A model generated the notes under the pieces. The model was not told the DNA's origin. It saw only the letters and a program-made list of their open reading frames with translations, and did no database searches. From contig JACKLR010000002.1 of assembly GCA_024235795.1 (NCBI GenBank), forward strand, positions 887,225-951,224: a DNA stretch of 64,000 bases, written 5' to 3'. A program made the position numbers and the translations under genes. Of this stretch, positions 50,698 to 61,516 are shown one piece after another (within the stretch, counting starts at the first letter, position 1; each line of letters begins with the position of its first letter). The stretch is from Burkholderiales bacterium. Its GTDB lineage: Bacteria > Pseudomonadota > Gammaproteobacteria > Burkholderiales > Nitrosomonadaceae.

Positions 50698-52002
50698 TCA
50701 GAAGCGCCAGTCCAGTTGTAGACCGACAATGTTAATATGTTCTGAAAATTTTCCAACCAGTTGATCGCCTGTGGTGCCGGTTCTGTTGACAGCCGCATCG
50801 CTGATAAATAAATGCGCATAGGCGGCATGCAAATTGATGTTTTTGAACACTGCGTATGAAATACCGGCAGTCAGCCAGTAGCGATCGTTATCGGGAATTC
50901 TTGGCGATCTATACGTGGATTCAGGAACCGGCGATTCGTCATAGGCAAACCCGGTACGTAGCGTCATTTTGTTAATTATGGGCGAATAACTGACCCCAAA
51001 ACCCAATCGCCAGGTATCTTTCCATTTCAAGACCTGGGCATCGTCTGGCTGGGCAGATGAAAATTGTGTTCTCAATTCCTGAATATGGCTCCAACGCGTC
51101 CACATCGCGTCGGCAGTAACTGCCCAATAAGAATTCAGTTGTCGATATACGCCAAACATCACATTGTCCGGTAGCGTGACAGACGTTTTAGCGCGGTTAT
51201 CGACAAAAACATTATTCTGCGTCAGCAATACTGCATTATCCGGCACGGTAAAATTTGCATCGCCGCGCACATTATGGTGAACTTTTGACCGATAACTGAC
51301 ACCGAGTCGTGTCTTGATGTTTGGCGCATAAAAGACGCCAATATTATAACCAACGCCAACGCTGTCCCCTTTTAGTGAAACATGTCCGTCTGCCATTTGC
51401 GGCAAAAGACCTTGTCCTGCACATACGGCAGGATTTGTTGCCTGTAAACAGATCGTTCCAAAATCAATGGCATTTGTGAGCTTGGATTTCAGGTACTGGA
51501 CATCAAAGCCGGCACCGACCGATAGCGTTTCTGTTAGTTTAAAAGAAGCGGCCGGATTGAAATTGACTGTGACAAATTCCGAATCAAGCGCCTGATAGCG
51601 TCCTTTCCAGTCTGAGTGATAGCTGCTTTGCATGCCAAACGGTATATTGACCCCTAAACCGACAGCTATCCGTTCAGACAAACGCTGTACATAATAAAAG
51701 TTAGGAATGAGAACTGTCCCGGGTGAGTCGCCGCCGTTTCCACCTTGCAGTGGCGCACCGCCGAGTAGCGGGCTTAGCTGCGAAGCGCTGTCCTGGAATC
51801 TGGCAGACGGAATTGCAACATATCCCGAAAAAGAAAGTAATTTGCCACTGACGTGATTCATGGCGCCAGGGTTGAAAAATACCATGCTGCCATCTTCGAG
51901 ATTGGTTGGAGCACCGGAAAAAGCATGGCCTAACTCCTTGACGCTATGCTCCATTACAGCAATACCAGCGGCTAAAGCCGATGATAAATAAGCACATAAC
52001 AA
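50698..52002 (-). CDS. FadL/OmpP1 outer-membrane long-chain fatty-acid channel (reading frame extends to an ATT at 52059)
   Basis: AGIAVMEHS..LGHAFSG, VFFNPGAM, beta-barrel strands, RIPDNDRYW, C-terminal WRF. Confidence 0.9.
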   Translation of the reverse strand: MLCAYLSSALAAGIAVMEHSVKELGHAFSGAPTNLEDGSMVFFNPGAMNHVSGKLLSFSGYVAIPSARFQDSASQLSPLLGGAPLQGGNGGDSPGTVLIPNFYYVQRLSERIAVGLGVNIPFGMQSSYHSDWKGRYQALDSEFVTVNFNPAASFKLTETLSVGAGFDVQYLKSKLTNAIDFGTICLQATNPAVCAGQGLLPQMADGHVSLKGDSVGVGYNIGVFYAPNIKTRLGVSYRSKVHHNVRGDANFTVPDNAVLLTQNNVFVDNRAKTSVTLPDNVMFGVYRQLNSYWAVTADAMWTRWSHIQELRTQFSSAQPDDAQVLKWKDTWRLGFGVSYSPIINKMTLRTGFAYDESPVPESTYRSPRIPDNDRYWLTAGISYAVFKNINLHAAYAHLFISDAAVNRTGTTGDQLVGKFSEHINIVGLQLDWRF

Positions 52003-52286
52003 AATGCCGGACAGACAATATAAACTTTGATGAAAGTAAATAGGGGGGTTCAGTTTAATGATTTATCTCCAAAATTCTATTGTTAATCGGGTTATTACGA
52101 TAGAATTAAAATTTGGACAATCGAAATTGTTCTTTTAAAAATTAAACCTGCTTTTTTGTATGCGTTTTGTTTTTGTATACGATTACTTTCTTGAGTTTAA
52201 ATTAATTTTTTCTTTTTCTTGATAATTTTCATGCATCTTAGAATTTTACGCAATAAACGGGAAAGCTTCCAATGATTTAGGTTGCA

Positions 52287-54800
52287 ATGAAAAATGACCA
52301 CAGGAAACCGTTAGCGTCAAATCATGATAATGATTCGAAATTAGCGGTATCAGATCATACTGCAAAAATTCGTGTAGAACAGATCAAGCTGCTTTTTCAA
52401 TTAAGCAAGACAGCTTTTCTGGCTACGCCTGTTCTTGCGGTCATTCTAGTTCTGGTTCATTGGAATCAAGTGTCCAGACAATTATTGCTGGTCTGGTTGG
52501 CAGCAATCTGTTTGTTGACACTGACAAGATTCTTTCATGTGAGCGCATATCTTGATCAAAACACGCCGGATCACAAGCTAGTCAAAGCAGTTTATGGTTT
52601 TTTGTTTGGCGTATTCCTGGCCGGCGTTTTGTGGGGTCTGGCCGGCGGCATTTTTTTTGTCAATGAGAGCCCGGTTCATAAGTTATTTCTAGCTTATTTA
52701 CTTGGCGGGATAGTAGCAGGCGCAATGGCGACACTCTCCTCATACCAGGGCGCATTCTTAATTTTTTCAATACCCGTGATGCTGCCGTTTAGCTATCAGA
52801 TTATTGTGCATGGCGGCGAAACCCATCTTGCGATGGCCCTAACGTATCTGTTATTCCTTTTATTGATGATCAAGATTTCTACAAGAAATTTTAACACCAT
52901 CAGGGATACGTTGCGTTTGCGTTTTGACAATTCAGATCTGGTCGACCGTTTGCTTGTGGCTAAAGAACAACAATTCCTGTCCAATGAGGCGTTAAAAGCC
53001 CAGATCGAAGAAAAAAAACGGGCAGAGCAAGCATTACAGGCTGCAAACAATCTGCTCGAGCAACGTGTCGATGAACGTACCGAAGCGTTAGTACAATCCA
53101 ACGACAAACTAGAACAAGAGAAAGAACTATTCAAAGTCACTTTGGCCAGTATTGGTGATGCAGTCATTACGACTGATTTTCTCGGTAATGTCATGTATTT
53201 GAATCCGGCTGCAGAGCTTTTGACAGGGAGCAACAATCATGAAGTAAGGGGCAATCCTTTACAGCACGCCTTTCAGTTTGTTGATATCGTTAGTCAGGAG
53301 CCATTGAAAGAGTTACACATTGATTATTTGAAAAAAAGCCCGCGAAAGGGTGAAAACCGTGAATGTTTGTTAATTTGCAAAAATAATCACAAGTTTGTGA
53401 TCAATTATGTCATAGCGCCCATTCATGATAGCAAAGCAAATATCATTGGAACGGTACTGACTTTCCGTGACGTAACCGAGCAGCGTAAATTGACACAAAA
53501 ACTGACTTATCAGGCGACCCATGATGCTTTGACAAGTTTGCTCAATCGAAATGAATTTGAAAGCCGGCTTGGACAAATTCTTAAAACCACACGGGAGAAT
53601 CATACCCATGCATTGCTCTATCTGGACCTGGATCAATTCAAAGTGGTTAACGATACTTGTGGGCATGATGCCGGCGACGAATTATTGCGGCGTGTCAGTG
53701 GATTATTGCATGCAAGGTTGCGTAACCGAGACACTTTTGCGCGCCTTGGCGGGGATGAATTCGGAATTATCCTGGAGCATTGCCCACAGGAAAAAGCACT
53801 GCGTATAGCGCATATGTTGCGTGAACTTGTTCAGGATTTCCGCTTTCAGTGGCAGGGTAAGGTTTTTACAATCGGCGTCAGCATCGGATTGTTTCCGATC
53901 AATCGTACGAATATAAATCCGGCAAAGGCGTTGAGTGCCGCGGATAGTGCTTGTTATGCAGCCAAGGACAGTGGGCGTAACCGGATCCATGTTTATCAGG
54001 AAGAAGACAGTATTTTATTAAAACGGTCTGGTGAAATGCAATGGTTGCCACGCATTCAAAAGGCCATCGAAGAAAACCGGTTTCTGCTTTATTATCAACC
54101 TATCCTGCTCATTGCCAATACAAAAGAGCAGGAAGAGCATGGAGAAATTCTGTTACGTTTGCAGGATGAACAAGGTAATTTGATATCGCCCGGTGCATTT
54201 CTACCTTCTGCGGAACGCTATCATCAAATGCAGGCACTTGATCGCCTGGTAGTTGAGCGTTCGCTTAAATTACTCAAAGCAGCTTCTTGGAAGCGAAAAA
54301 AAGTGATTTACGCAATTAACTTGTCTTCACAGTCTCTGGGTGATGAGGATTTTCTTGATTTTGTTATCGACAGCATCAAAAAATATAATGTAAATCCTTC
54401 CAGTCTTTGTTTCGAAATCACTGAAAACGTTGCTTTGGCAGACTTAAAGCATGTAACCCGGTTTATTACGACGCTCAAGAAACTGGGTTGCCGTTTTTCT
54501 ATGGACGATTTTGGCAGTGGTTTGTCATCATTCGGCTATTTGAAGGATATTCCAATTGATTACCTTAAAATTGATGGAAGGCTTGTTAAGGATATGATTG
54601 CAGACCCGGTCGATCGTGCAATGGTCGAGGCGATACATAATATTGGCCATGTCATGAAACTCAAAACAATCGCTGAATGGGTTGAGAATGACGCCACACA
54701 AAATTTGCTAAAGGAAATGGGTGTTGATTATGTTCAAGGATACTGGCCTGCCAAACCTTATCGGATAGAAGGGGAGAATGACACATTCGCAAATAAATAA
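52287..54800 (+). CDS. Membrane-bound PAS-GGDEF-EAL protein
   Basis: N-terminal TM bundle, PAS (IGDAVITTD), RLGGDEF, GEILLR, DDFGSGLSSF. Confidence 0.92.
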   Translation: MKNDHRKPLASNHDNDSKLAVSDHTAKIRVEQIKLLFQLSKTAFLATPVLAVILVLVHWNQVSRQLLLVWLAAICLLTLTRFFHVSAYLDQNTPDHKLVKAVYGFLFGVFLAGVLWGLAGGIFFVNESPVHKLFLAYLLGGIVAGAMATLSSYQGAFLIFSIPVMLPFSYQIIVHGGETHLAMALTYLLFLLLMIKISTRNFNTIRDTLRLRFDNSDLVDRLLVAKEQQFLSNEALKAQIEEKKRAEQALQAANNLLEQRVDERTEALVQSNDKLEQEKELFKVTLASIGDAVITTDFLGNVMYLNPAAELLTGSNNHEVRGNPLQHAFQFVDIVSQEPLKELHIDYLKKSPRKGENRECLLICKNNHKFVINYVIAPIHDSKANIIGTVLTFRDVTEQRKLTQKLTYQATHDALTSLLNRNEFESRLGQILKTTRENHTHALLYLDLDQFKVVNDTCGHDAGDELLRRVSGLLHARLRNRDTFARLGGDEFGIILEHCPQEKALRIAHMLRELVQDFRFQWQGKVFTIGVSIGLFPINRTNINPAKALSAADSACYAAKDSGRNRIHVYQEEDSILLKRSGEMQWLPRIQKAIEENRFLLYYQPILLIANTKEQEEHGEILLRLQDEQGNLISPGAFLPSAERYHQMQALDRLVVERSLKLLKAASWKRKKVIYAINLSSQSLGDEDFLDFVIDSIKKYNVNPSSLCFEITENVALADLKHVTRFITTLKKLGCRFSMDDFGSGLSSFGYLKDIPIDYLKIDGRLVKDMIADPVDRAMVEAIHNIGHVMKLKTIAEWVENDATQNLLKEMGVDYVQGYWPAKPYRIEGENDTFANK

Positions 54801-54831
54801 ACAATAACCGTTGATTTTGTTTTGTGTCGTT

Positions 54832-55431
54832 TCAGTCTGTTAACTTCCCGTTAAGAAATTCCAGTATTCCCCCGGTTTCGGTGTGGCGAATACGCGTTAT
54901 GCCGCCGTTACTGATTTTAATTCGATATAGTCCAATAGGTGCAGCGTGAACAACATGTGCAGCAATGGCGCGAATCACGCCGGCATGCGTTACGACCAAG
55001 CAATGTTGACCCTGATAGCGTATTACTGTGTCATCATAAGCGGAAACGACCCGCTGGATAAAACCGCCAAGGTCCTCAGCACCTGAAGGACGATGCTTGA
55101 CCGGATCTCTCAGAAAATCCAGATATTCTGCAGCCTTGCCAATTTTAATTGCTTCATGACTGAGGCCTTCCCAAATGCCAAAACCCACTTCCTTGAATCT
55201 GGGTTCGACAGAAACACCGATTTGATGCCGTTTTCCCAGGGCTTCAGCGAAAGCATGGCAACGTGCGAGAGGAGAGCTGATAATCTGTTGCCAATATGAA
55301 TAGTTGCCGACAGCATCCCACATTTGTATCCAGCCTTGTTCTGTGAGCGGATCATTGATAGTATAACCGCGATATTTGCGTCCACCAACGGGTTCGCCAT
55401 GTCTGATGAAGTCAACAATGGTTTCTTTCAT
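54832..55431 (-). CDS. Histidine phosphatase family protein (CobC-like)
   Basis: RHGE, SSPLARC, EVGFGIWEG, VTHAGVIR. Confidence 0.88.
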   Translation of the reverse strand: MKETIVDFIRHGEPVGGRKYRGYTINDPLTEQGWIQMWDAVGNYSYWQQIISSPLARCHAFAEALGKRHQIGVSVEPRFKEVGFGIWEGLSHEAIKIGKAAEYLDFLRDPVKHRPSGAEDLGGFIQRVVSAYDDTVIRYQGQHCLVVTHAGVIRAIAAHVVHAAPIGLYRIKISNGGITRIRHTETGGILEFLNGKLTD

Positions 55432-55511
55432 GCTATAAAATAGTTATTAAATGTAAATTTTAATCTTGTTAAATTTTACAGCTTGCGCATTAAGCAGTAA
55501 GTACAAAGGGG

Positions 55512-57338
55512 TTAAATTGATGCGCCTTCCTCATTTTGGGCGCATAGCGGAAACTGCTGTAACAGTTCTCTGAGTTGCGCATGATCGAACGGTTTGCTGA
55601 GGTGTTCATTCATCCCGGCGTCGAAGCACTCCCGTTTGATGTGTTCGAAAGCGTGCGCCGTCAACGCTATAATCGGTATCGGCGCAGCTTTGTTTCTTTG
55701 CTCAATGTTTCGGATATGCCTTGTCGCCTCAAATCCATCCATGACAGGCATGTTACAGTCCATTAGTATCAGGTCAAAATGTTGTGTTGAAAACGCATTA
55801 ATTGCTTCAGCGCCATTGCATGCCAGTGCAACTTTGCAATTGAAATTTTCCAGCATTGCTTTGCTTACAATCTGATTGACTTCATTATCCTCGACAACCA
55901 GTACATGGGCCGACGGTTTATTCGCCGTCAGCGCCGTATTGGCAGTCGGTTTGACCTCGGCAATATTTTCTGCCTCAGAAATTTGATATTCGAGCGGGAT
56001 ATATACAGTAAACCGGGAACCTTTCCCAAGTTCGCTCGATACCGTAATTTTACCGTCCATAAGCGTTAATAAATTATGGGTAATGGCCAGACCGAGCCCG
56101 GAGCCGTTAATATGCTGAGTCGTTTCACCAACCTGAGAAAATTCCTGGAATAAGCGCGCCTGATTCTCTGCGGAAATGCCTATGCCTGTATCAGTTACGG
56201 TAAACTGTAATGCTGCCATTTCTTGTCCGGGTTGCTGGACGCACTGCACCTGAAGATCAACATGGCCTTTATGCGTATACTTGAAGGCATTGCCGAGCAA
56301 ATTAAAAAGAATCTGCTTGATTCGGTGTGAATCGCCAATTAATTGATAGGGAAAATCACATGCAAAATTGACACTAAATCCCAGCGCTTTTTCCCTGGCT
56401 TTGATTCGGAACAATAATTCAACTTCTTTAATACAGGCATGCAAATCAAACGACTGATTAACAATGGAAATTTTTTTCGCTTCTATTTTGGCAAAGTCAA
56501 GAATATCATCAATGATGCGCAGGAGCGTACGCCCTGAATTTTGAATCATGCATAGATAATTTTCCTGCTGACTATCAAGCTGCGTTGTCGCCAGAATTTC
56601 TGTTAAGCCGAGCACGCCGTTCATTGGTGTGCGAATTTCGTGACTCATTGCTGCCAAAAAAGCTGATTTTGCTTTATTTGCGGACTCCGCTTGTAAACGC
56701 GCCTGTTCCAGATCAGTCGCCTGCTTTTCCAATAGTACCGCCTGTTGACGCATGATCCAGTAATTATCATACTGTAATTTTCCGTTGTGGATGGAAAACA
56801 GGAAAAAACCGATCCCGGAAATCAGTATTACCCAGCTGATATTGCCGGAAGTGAACAAAACAAGGCTGATGAGGCTTGGCACGTAGATCAACACGGCAAA
56901 AGTGAGCATCAAACGAAAACGCGGAGAAACGGCTGCAATCCCGCCGGACAGAAACCCGACTGTCGATAAAATGGCAAGCGCTGTTCCGTTATCAATACTG
57001 CTGACCGACAGAAAAATCCATATCAGAAAAATAGCCCAGGTTATCGCTGTCATGCTATAGAGCGTCGTCACGGAATGCTCATGAACCAGTTTATTAGCGT
57101 TCTCCTGATCTAGAATACGGCCGCAGACGAATAAACGCATTGCCGCCAGAATAACAAATAATACAACGATAACAGCAATATAGGATTGTGCGAGCAGCAC
57201 GGGAGAGATCAAAATGATAGTGATACTGAATGGAATATAAAAAAGGCCGCCTAGACGCATGCGTCTTGCCATATCCTGATTGGTACCGATGCGTACCGAT
57301 TCAAGATTTGCGATTTCCGGTTCTGACCACATAGACAT
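55512..57338 (-). CDS. Membrane hybrid sensor histidine kinase/response regulator
   Basis: [11 protein letters not shown]-box, [20 protein letters not shown], and a C-terminal receiver domain (LMDCNMP, KP). Start at MSMW (57338) preferred. Confidence 0.92.
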   Translation of the reverse strand: MSMWSEPEIANLESVRIGTNQDMARRMRLGGLFYIPFSITIILISPVLLAQSYIAVIVVLFVILAAMRLFVCGRILDQENANKLVHEHSVTTLYSMTAITWAIFLIWIFLSVSSIDNGTALAILSTVGFLSGGIAAVSPRFRLMLTFAVLIYVPSLISLVLFTSGNISWVILISGIGFFLFSIHNGKLQYDNYWIMRQQAVLLEKQATDLEQARLQAESANKAKSAFLAAMSHEIRTPMNGVLGLTEILATTQLDSQQENYLCMIQNSGRTLLRIIDDILDFAKIEAKKISIVNQSFDLHACIKEVELLFRIKAREKALGFSVNFACDFPYQLIGDSHRIKQILFNLLGNAFKYTHKGHVDLQVQCVQQPGQEMAALQFTVTDTGIGISAENQARLFQEFSQVGETTQHINGSGLGLAITHNLLTLMDGKITVSSELGKGSRFTVYIPLEYQISEAENIAEVKPTANTALTANKPSAHVLVVEDNEVNQIVSKAMLENFNCKVALACNGAEAINAFSTQHFDLILMDCNMPVMDGFEATRHIRNIEQRNKAAPIPIIALTAHAFEHIKRECFDAGMNEHLSKPFDHAQLRELLQQFPLCAQNEEGASI

Positions 57339-57543
57339 ATTGCCTGTTCTGCAAGTTATTTTTAGAAACGCTTGATGTTCTAAAAAGGTAAAGTATGTTA
57401 AGACAGAAGACAATTTGAGTCTATAATTAAAAAGCGAATGAAATGCAGGCTATTTTGATTTAACGATGACACAAAATTATGCTGTGCCGGGTTAAAGAAA
57501 ACTTTGTTGGTCGAACCGGCCGGATTATCAGACAATTTTTACA

Positions 57544-57963
57544 ATGTGGCTACAAAAGCAAATCCATCTAAAAGCACGTTCCCGCGGATTTCATTTAATC
57601 ACACAAGAAATTGTGCAGCAATTGCCTGAACTCAGTGACGTTAGTGTGGGACTGATGCACCTTTTTATACAACATACATCAGCTTCGTTAACCTTGAATG
57701 AAAATGCGGACCCAACCGTTCGCCAGGATTTTGAATCCTATTTTAATCATGCGGTGCCAGAAAATGAACCGTACTACAAACATGTTAACGAAGGCAGCGA
57801 TGACCTGCCTGCGCATTTGAAATCCAGCCTGCTCGGTTGTGGCCTGACAATTCCTGTTACCGATGGCCGCCCAAATCTTGGTGTCTGGCAGGGGATATAT
57901 CTGTGTGAGCACCGAAATTATGGCGGTAGCAGAAGTCTGGTAATTACGGTTTTTGGAGAATAG
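57544..57963 (+). CDS. yjbQ: YjbQ/UPF0047 family protein
   Basis: HTSASLTLNENADP, EGSDDLPAHLKSSL, LGVWQGIYLCEHR. Confidence 0.92.
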   Translation: MWLQKQIHLKARSRGFHLITQEIVQQLPELSDVSVGLMHLFIQHTSASLTLNENADPTVRQDFESYFNHAVPENEPYYKHVNEGSDDLPAHLKSSLLGCGLTIPVTDGRPNLGVWQGIYLCEHRNYGGSRSLVITVFGE

Positions 57964-57981
57964 CGTTTAGCGCGTTACAAC

Positions 57982-58236
57982 TCACGATGGCGCCGATGAT
58001 TGATGATTACTGATGTAATCAATAATATCCTTGACGCAGTGAAAATCCTTAACTTCATCATCCTCGAAAGTCACGCCAAACGTTTCTTCGGCATCAAATA
58101 AAAGTTGAACCCGGTCCATAGAGTCGAGACCCAGTTCTTCAAATTCTGAAGTGGCGTTGATTGTTGAAACATCGACATCGTCAACTTTGGATGCGATAAA
58201 TTCAATCACTTTTTCTTCAATATTTTCAGTATTCAT
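57982..58236 (-). CDS. Acyl carrier protein
   Basis: ELGLDSMD phosphopantetheine site; acidic four-helix pattern. Confidence 0.9.
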   Translation of the reverse strand: MNTENIEEKVIEFIASKVDDVDVSTINATSEFEELGLDSMDRVQLLFDAEETFGVTFEDDEVKDFHCVKDIIDYISNHQSSAPS

Positions 58237-58255
58237 TTTTGATTTTACCTTTATT

Positions 58256-59473
58256 TTAGACAGTTGCGAAAATGAGGCTTACATTGTTGCCGCCAAACCC
58301 AAAAGCATTGCATAAGGCGACATTTGCTGATTTTTTTAGTGCCTGGTTGGGCGTATAGTTGAGATCACATTCCGGATCAGCTTCGTCAAGATTGACGGTG
58401 GGATGAATAATACCGGTTTGCAGCGACATAATTGCGGCAATACTGCCGATTGCTGCGGATGCGCCGATCGTATGGCCGATCATGGATTTTGTGGCGCTGA
58501 TCGCAATATTCTGCGCATGCGCTCCAAAAACCTGCTTGATTGCATTGGTCTCGACAATATCGCCCAACGGTGTGGATGTCGCATGTGCATTGATATAATC
58601 AACTGTTTCTGGTTTGATGCCGGCATCTCGAATGGCAGTTTCCATGGCCGCGACCTGTCCATCCATATCAGGTGCCACGATATGCGCCGCATCGCATGCA
58701 CAGCCGTAGCCCGCAAGCTGCGCATAAATTTTTGCCCCCCGTCTTTTTGCTGCTTCCTCTCTTTCCAGAACGAGAATACCTGCACCTTCACCCATAACAA
58801 AACCATCACGGCCTGCAGCAAATGGTCGCGAAGCATGTTCAGGGTCGTCATTAAATCCGGTCGATAGCGCATGTAAAGCTTCAAAACCGGCAATGGTCAA
58901 TGGTAAAACACAAGCTTCGGCACCACCGGTCAGGACAACATCCGCTTTTCCTGTCCGTAACAGGTCTAACCCCATGCCGATGGCATTACCGCCCGATGAG
59001 CATGCGGTACTGCAAGTCAGATTAACGCCTTTTAAACCATATTGCGTAGCTATCCATGCCGCTGCGGAATTTGCCATGGTTCTCGGTACGGTAAACGGGG
59101 GGATAGCCTTATTCTGAAGCCTGCGTTCAGCGGATGCTTCAAAAGTTGCAAACCCGCCCATGCCTGAACCCAGACTGACTGCCAGCCGGCGCGGCTCATA
59201 ACAATCAAGACTGCCGGCATCTTCCATTGCCTGATTGGCGGCGTGCAGGGCAAGCTGCGTAAACCGGTCGGTTTGCTCGATTTGCTTGTTCTTTAGAAAA
59301 GATTTGGGATCAAAATCAGCGATTTCACCTGCAATGCGGGAGCGATTATTCGATGAATCAAAGCACTGAATACTGCGTATCCCGTTTTTGCCGTTTATGG
59401 CCGCACTCCAGAATTGATCTATGCCGGAGCCTATCGGTGAAACAATTCCCAGTCCGGAAACAACGATGCGCAT
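58256..59473 (-). CDS. fabF: Beta-ketoacyl-ACP synthase II (FabF-like)
   Basis: MRIVVSGLG start (59473), TACSSG, NAHATST, KSMIGH, NAFGFGGNN. Confidence 0.85.
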   Translation of the reverse strand: MRIVVSGLGIVSPIGSGIDQFWSAAINGKNGIRSIQCFDSSNNRSRIAGEIADFDPKSFLKNKQIEQTDRFTQLALHAANQAMEDAGSLDCYEPRRLAVSLGSGMGGFATFEASAERRLQNKAIPPFTVPRTMANSAAAWIATQYGLKGVNLTCSTACSSGGNAIGMGLDLLRTGKADVVLTGGAEACVLPLTIAGFEALHALSTGFNDDPEHASRPFAAGRDGFVMGEGAGILVLEREEAAKRRGAKIYAQLAGYGCACDAAHIVAPDMDGQVAAMETAIRDAGIKPETVDYINAHATSTPLGDIVETNAIKQVFGAHAQNIAISATKSMIGHTIGASAAIGSIAAIMSLQTGIIHPTVNLDEADPECDLNYTPNQALKKSANVALCNAFGFGGNNVSLIFATV

Positions 59474-59802
59474 ATTAGATTTTAGAAAAGAATCTAGAAA
59501 TGTAACAAAACCAGGATAAATAAATACATAGCTTAACCAAAAACGAATATACTTCAAAGATCGATTTGTTGTCAAACGCATTGATAAGTATTGGAAAAAC
59601 CTCACTCGGATATCAGGTTTATTCGGTTTTTTGTGTATTGCTAACCGGTTAAAATGACTCAAACTTTTTTACGCTTAACCCTTAACCAAGCGTCTAACCG
59701 GATAGTGTTCGATTAATGCCATCGAGTCGATAGCCTGAGCCTTGAATCTGCCAACAGGGGAGAACGTGCTGAAAACTGTATGACTTTGCACATGTTCTGG
59801 GG

Positions 59803-60702
59803 ATGAAAAGAATTCTTTTAATGATACTTGTTTTTGGCATAGTTATTCCTTCCTGTGCCTTCTACAGGCCGGTCGATGATATCTATTCCGGTATCCATGA
59901 TCATCCGGCTACAAGACATGAAAGAATCGCATTCTCCGGTTTTTATCTGCCATCATCAAGAACCGCAAGCAGTATGCGGGATAAAAATAACTACAAAATT
60001 AAATTACTGACCCGTGAATTTCTGGATCCGGATTTAACCGCGTCACCACTGTTTGGATATTATTCCTATTTGATCTTTACCGATCAATCCGGCACAACAT
60101 ATCCCATGAGAAAAGAAGCTGCCAGAGCTTTCATGTGTCAGCTCGAAGAAACGGACAGATCAAAAGCCGTCGGCGTAAATACAAAAAATATGGCTGTTTT
60201 TTATGCACCTGTGAAACCCGGTACGACAGGCAAAATAAAAAAACATGCATCGGGTGAAACACTGCTCATGCACTACAACTATACTTTTGCCGAAGCACTG
60301 ATGGCTAAAATTAATAACAAAAATCCTAATGAGAACCTCAACGAAAATTTTACAACTGGAATTATTGCGCATTTAACCCCGTTGAGTCTTAGCGATGATG
60401 ACCCCATCATGCTGGACAGACTGGAAATTATTAACCTGAGCAACATGCAGCCGGCACAGATTGGCGCGGTAATCCGGAAATTACGTCAAGCGGTTTTGAC
60501 CGATGACCAAATTTCAGAAATTAGAATTCCATCAAATAAACAACAAGAGATATTACAGGGAACGGGACTTGAAACCACTCCAGTTTACGTTGATCCAGTC
60601 ATAGAAGATTTTGCCGCCATCTTCAGACTAATTTTGGCATCGACTAAACATTTAATGCCGCAGGTTGAAACCGCAGAGGCATCCTCAATTATCTGCAAAT
60701 AA
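59803..60702 (+). CDS. Hypothetical lipoprotein
   Basis: MKR + hydrophobic stretch + IPSC lipobox-like site. Confidence 0.7.
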   Translation: MKRILLMILVFGIVIPSCAFYRPVDDIYSGIHDHPATRHERIAFSGFYLPSSRTASSMRDKNNYKIKLLTREFLDPDLTASPLFGYYSYLIFTDQSGTTYPMRKEAARAFMCQLEETDRSKAVGVNTKNMAVFYAPVKPGTTGKIKKHASGETLLMHYNYTFAEALMAKINNKNPNENLNENFTTGIIAHLTPLSLSDDDPIMLDRLEIINLSNMQPAQIGAVIRKLRQAVLTDDQISEIRIPSNKQQEILQGTGLETTPVYVDPVIEDFAAIFRLILASTKHLMPQVETAEASSIICK

Positions 60703-60810
60703 TTGAAAATGGGTGAATACATCAATATTTATATTTTTTTTTCTGAATTTGATCAATTTTTTTTTGATTAAAATGCAATTACAGTCAACTTTAATATTGG
60801 ATGAACAGGT

Positions 60811-61071
60811 ATGGCGCTCAGTAAGCAAATTAAAGAATTTAATACTTACCTAAAAAACAATGAATCCGTTTTGGACCGTGACTTTAAACATGTTTCGGAC
60901 AAAATTATGTTGCACTGGGGATATCCGGAATTTTATCCTTTCATAAAAAAATTACTCGTTAATAATCCAGATCGTAATCGAAAAGGTTTCCCAATCGAAG
61001 CAATGCAGGAAATCTATAAACTTTATGAAATACATACCGACTTGTTTCCACACATGGATTCCAGGGATTAA
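60811..61071 (+). CDS. Small conserved hypothetical protein
   Basis: 86-aa ORF with an LHWGYPEF..R.GFP pattern and a plausible RBS. Confidence 0.7.
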   Translation: MALSKQIKEFNTYLKNNESVLDRDFKHVSDKIMLHWGYPEFYPFIKKLLVNNPDRNRKGFPIEAMQEIYKLYEIHTDLFPHMDSRD

Positions 61072-61516
61072 TTCATAATATAGTATTGCCTAAATAACAA
61101 AACCTTATCCAATTCCAGGAAAACCTGAAGACATGATACTCAGTCATGGCAGTATTCGTTAGTAGCGCTGTCCTGGCAAGTGTCATGTCATTCAACCCTG
61201 ATGCCGCAGCATACCAATCCAACGTAAAAACGCATCCTCGTCAGTAGCCTTTGCAGTGGTTGTCCGGATTAACCAAACTTGTTGAAAGCATAGTTCTATT
61301 TATCGAGAAGTATTGCCTTGACAAATAATTTCCCACACCATAATTGCTAATAATTTATATTATGTAAAATTAATCGCAGACGTTACAATAGACGGCTTAC
61401 GGACAAAATACAAAACTTCATTTTTAATTTTTGGCTTTCTACTTAAAAAATCCATCTTATTCAAATTTTAAAAAACTTACCTATCTAATTTACTCAAAAA
61501 ATGAGGTTGTCAAGAC

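Noticed and set aside
59474-59662. Track N-terminal extension of FabF (63 aa)
   Set aside because: FabF homology begins at MRIVVSGLG; the extension looks like translated intergenic DNA.
61072-61516. 445-nt intergenic region checked for riboswitch or ncRNA
   Set aside because: No recognisable aptamer motif or strong stem-loop/terminator could be supported by eye.
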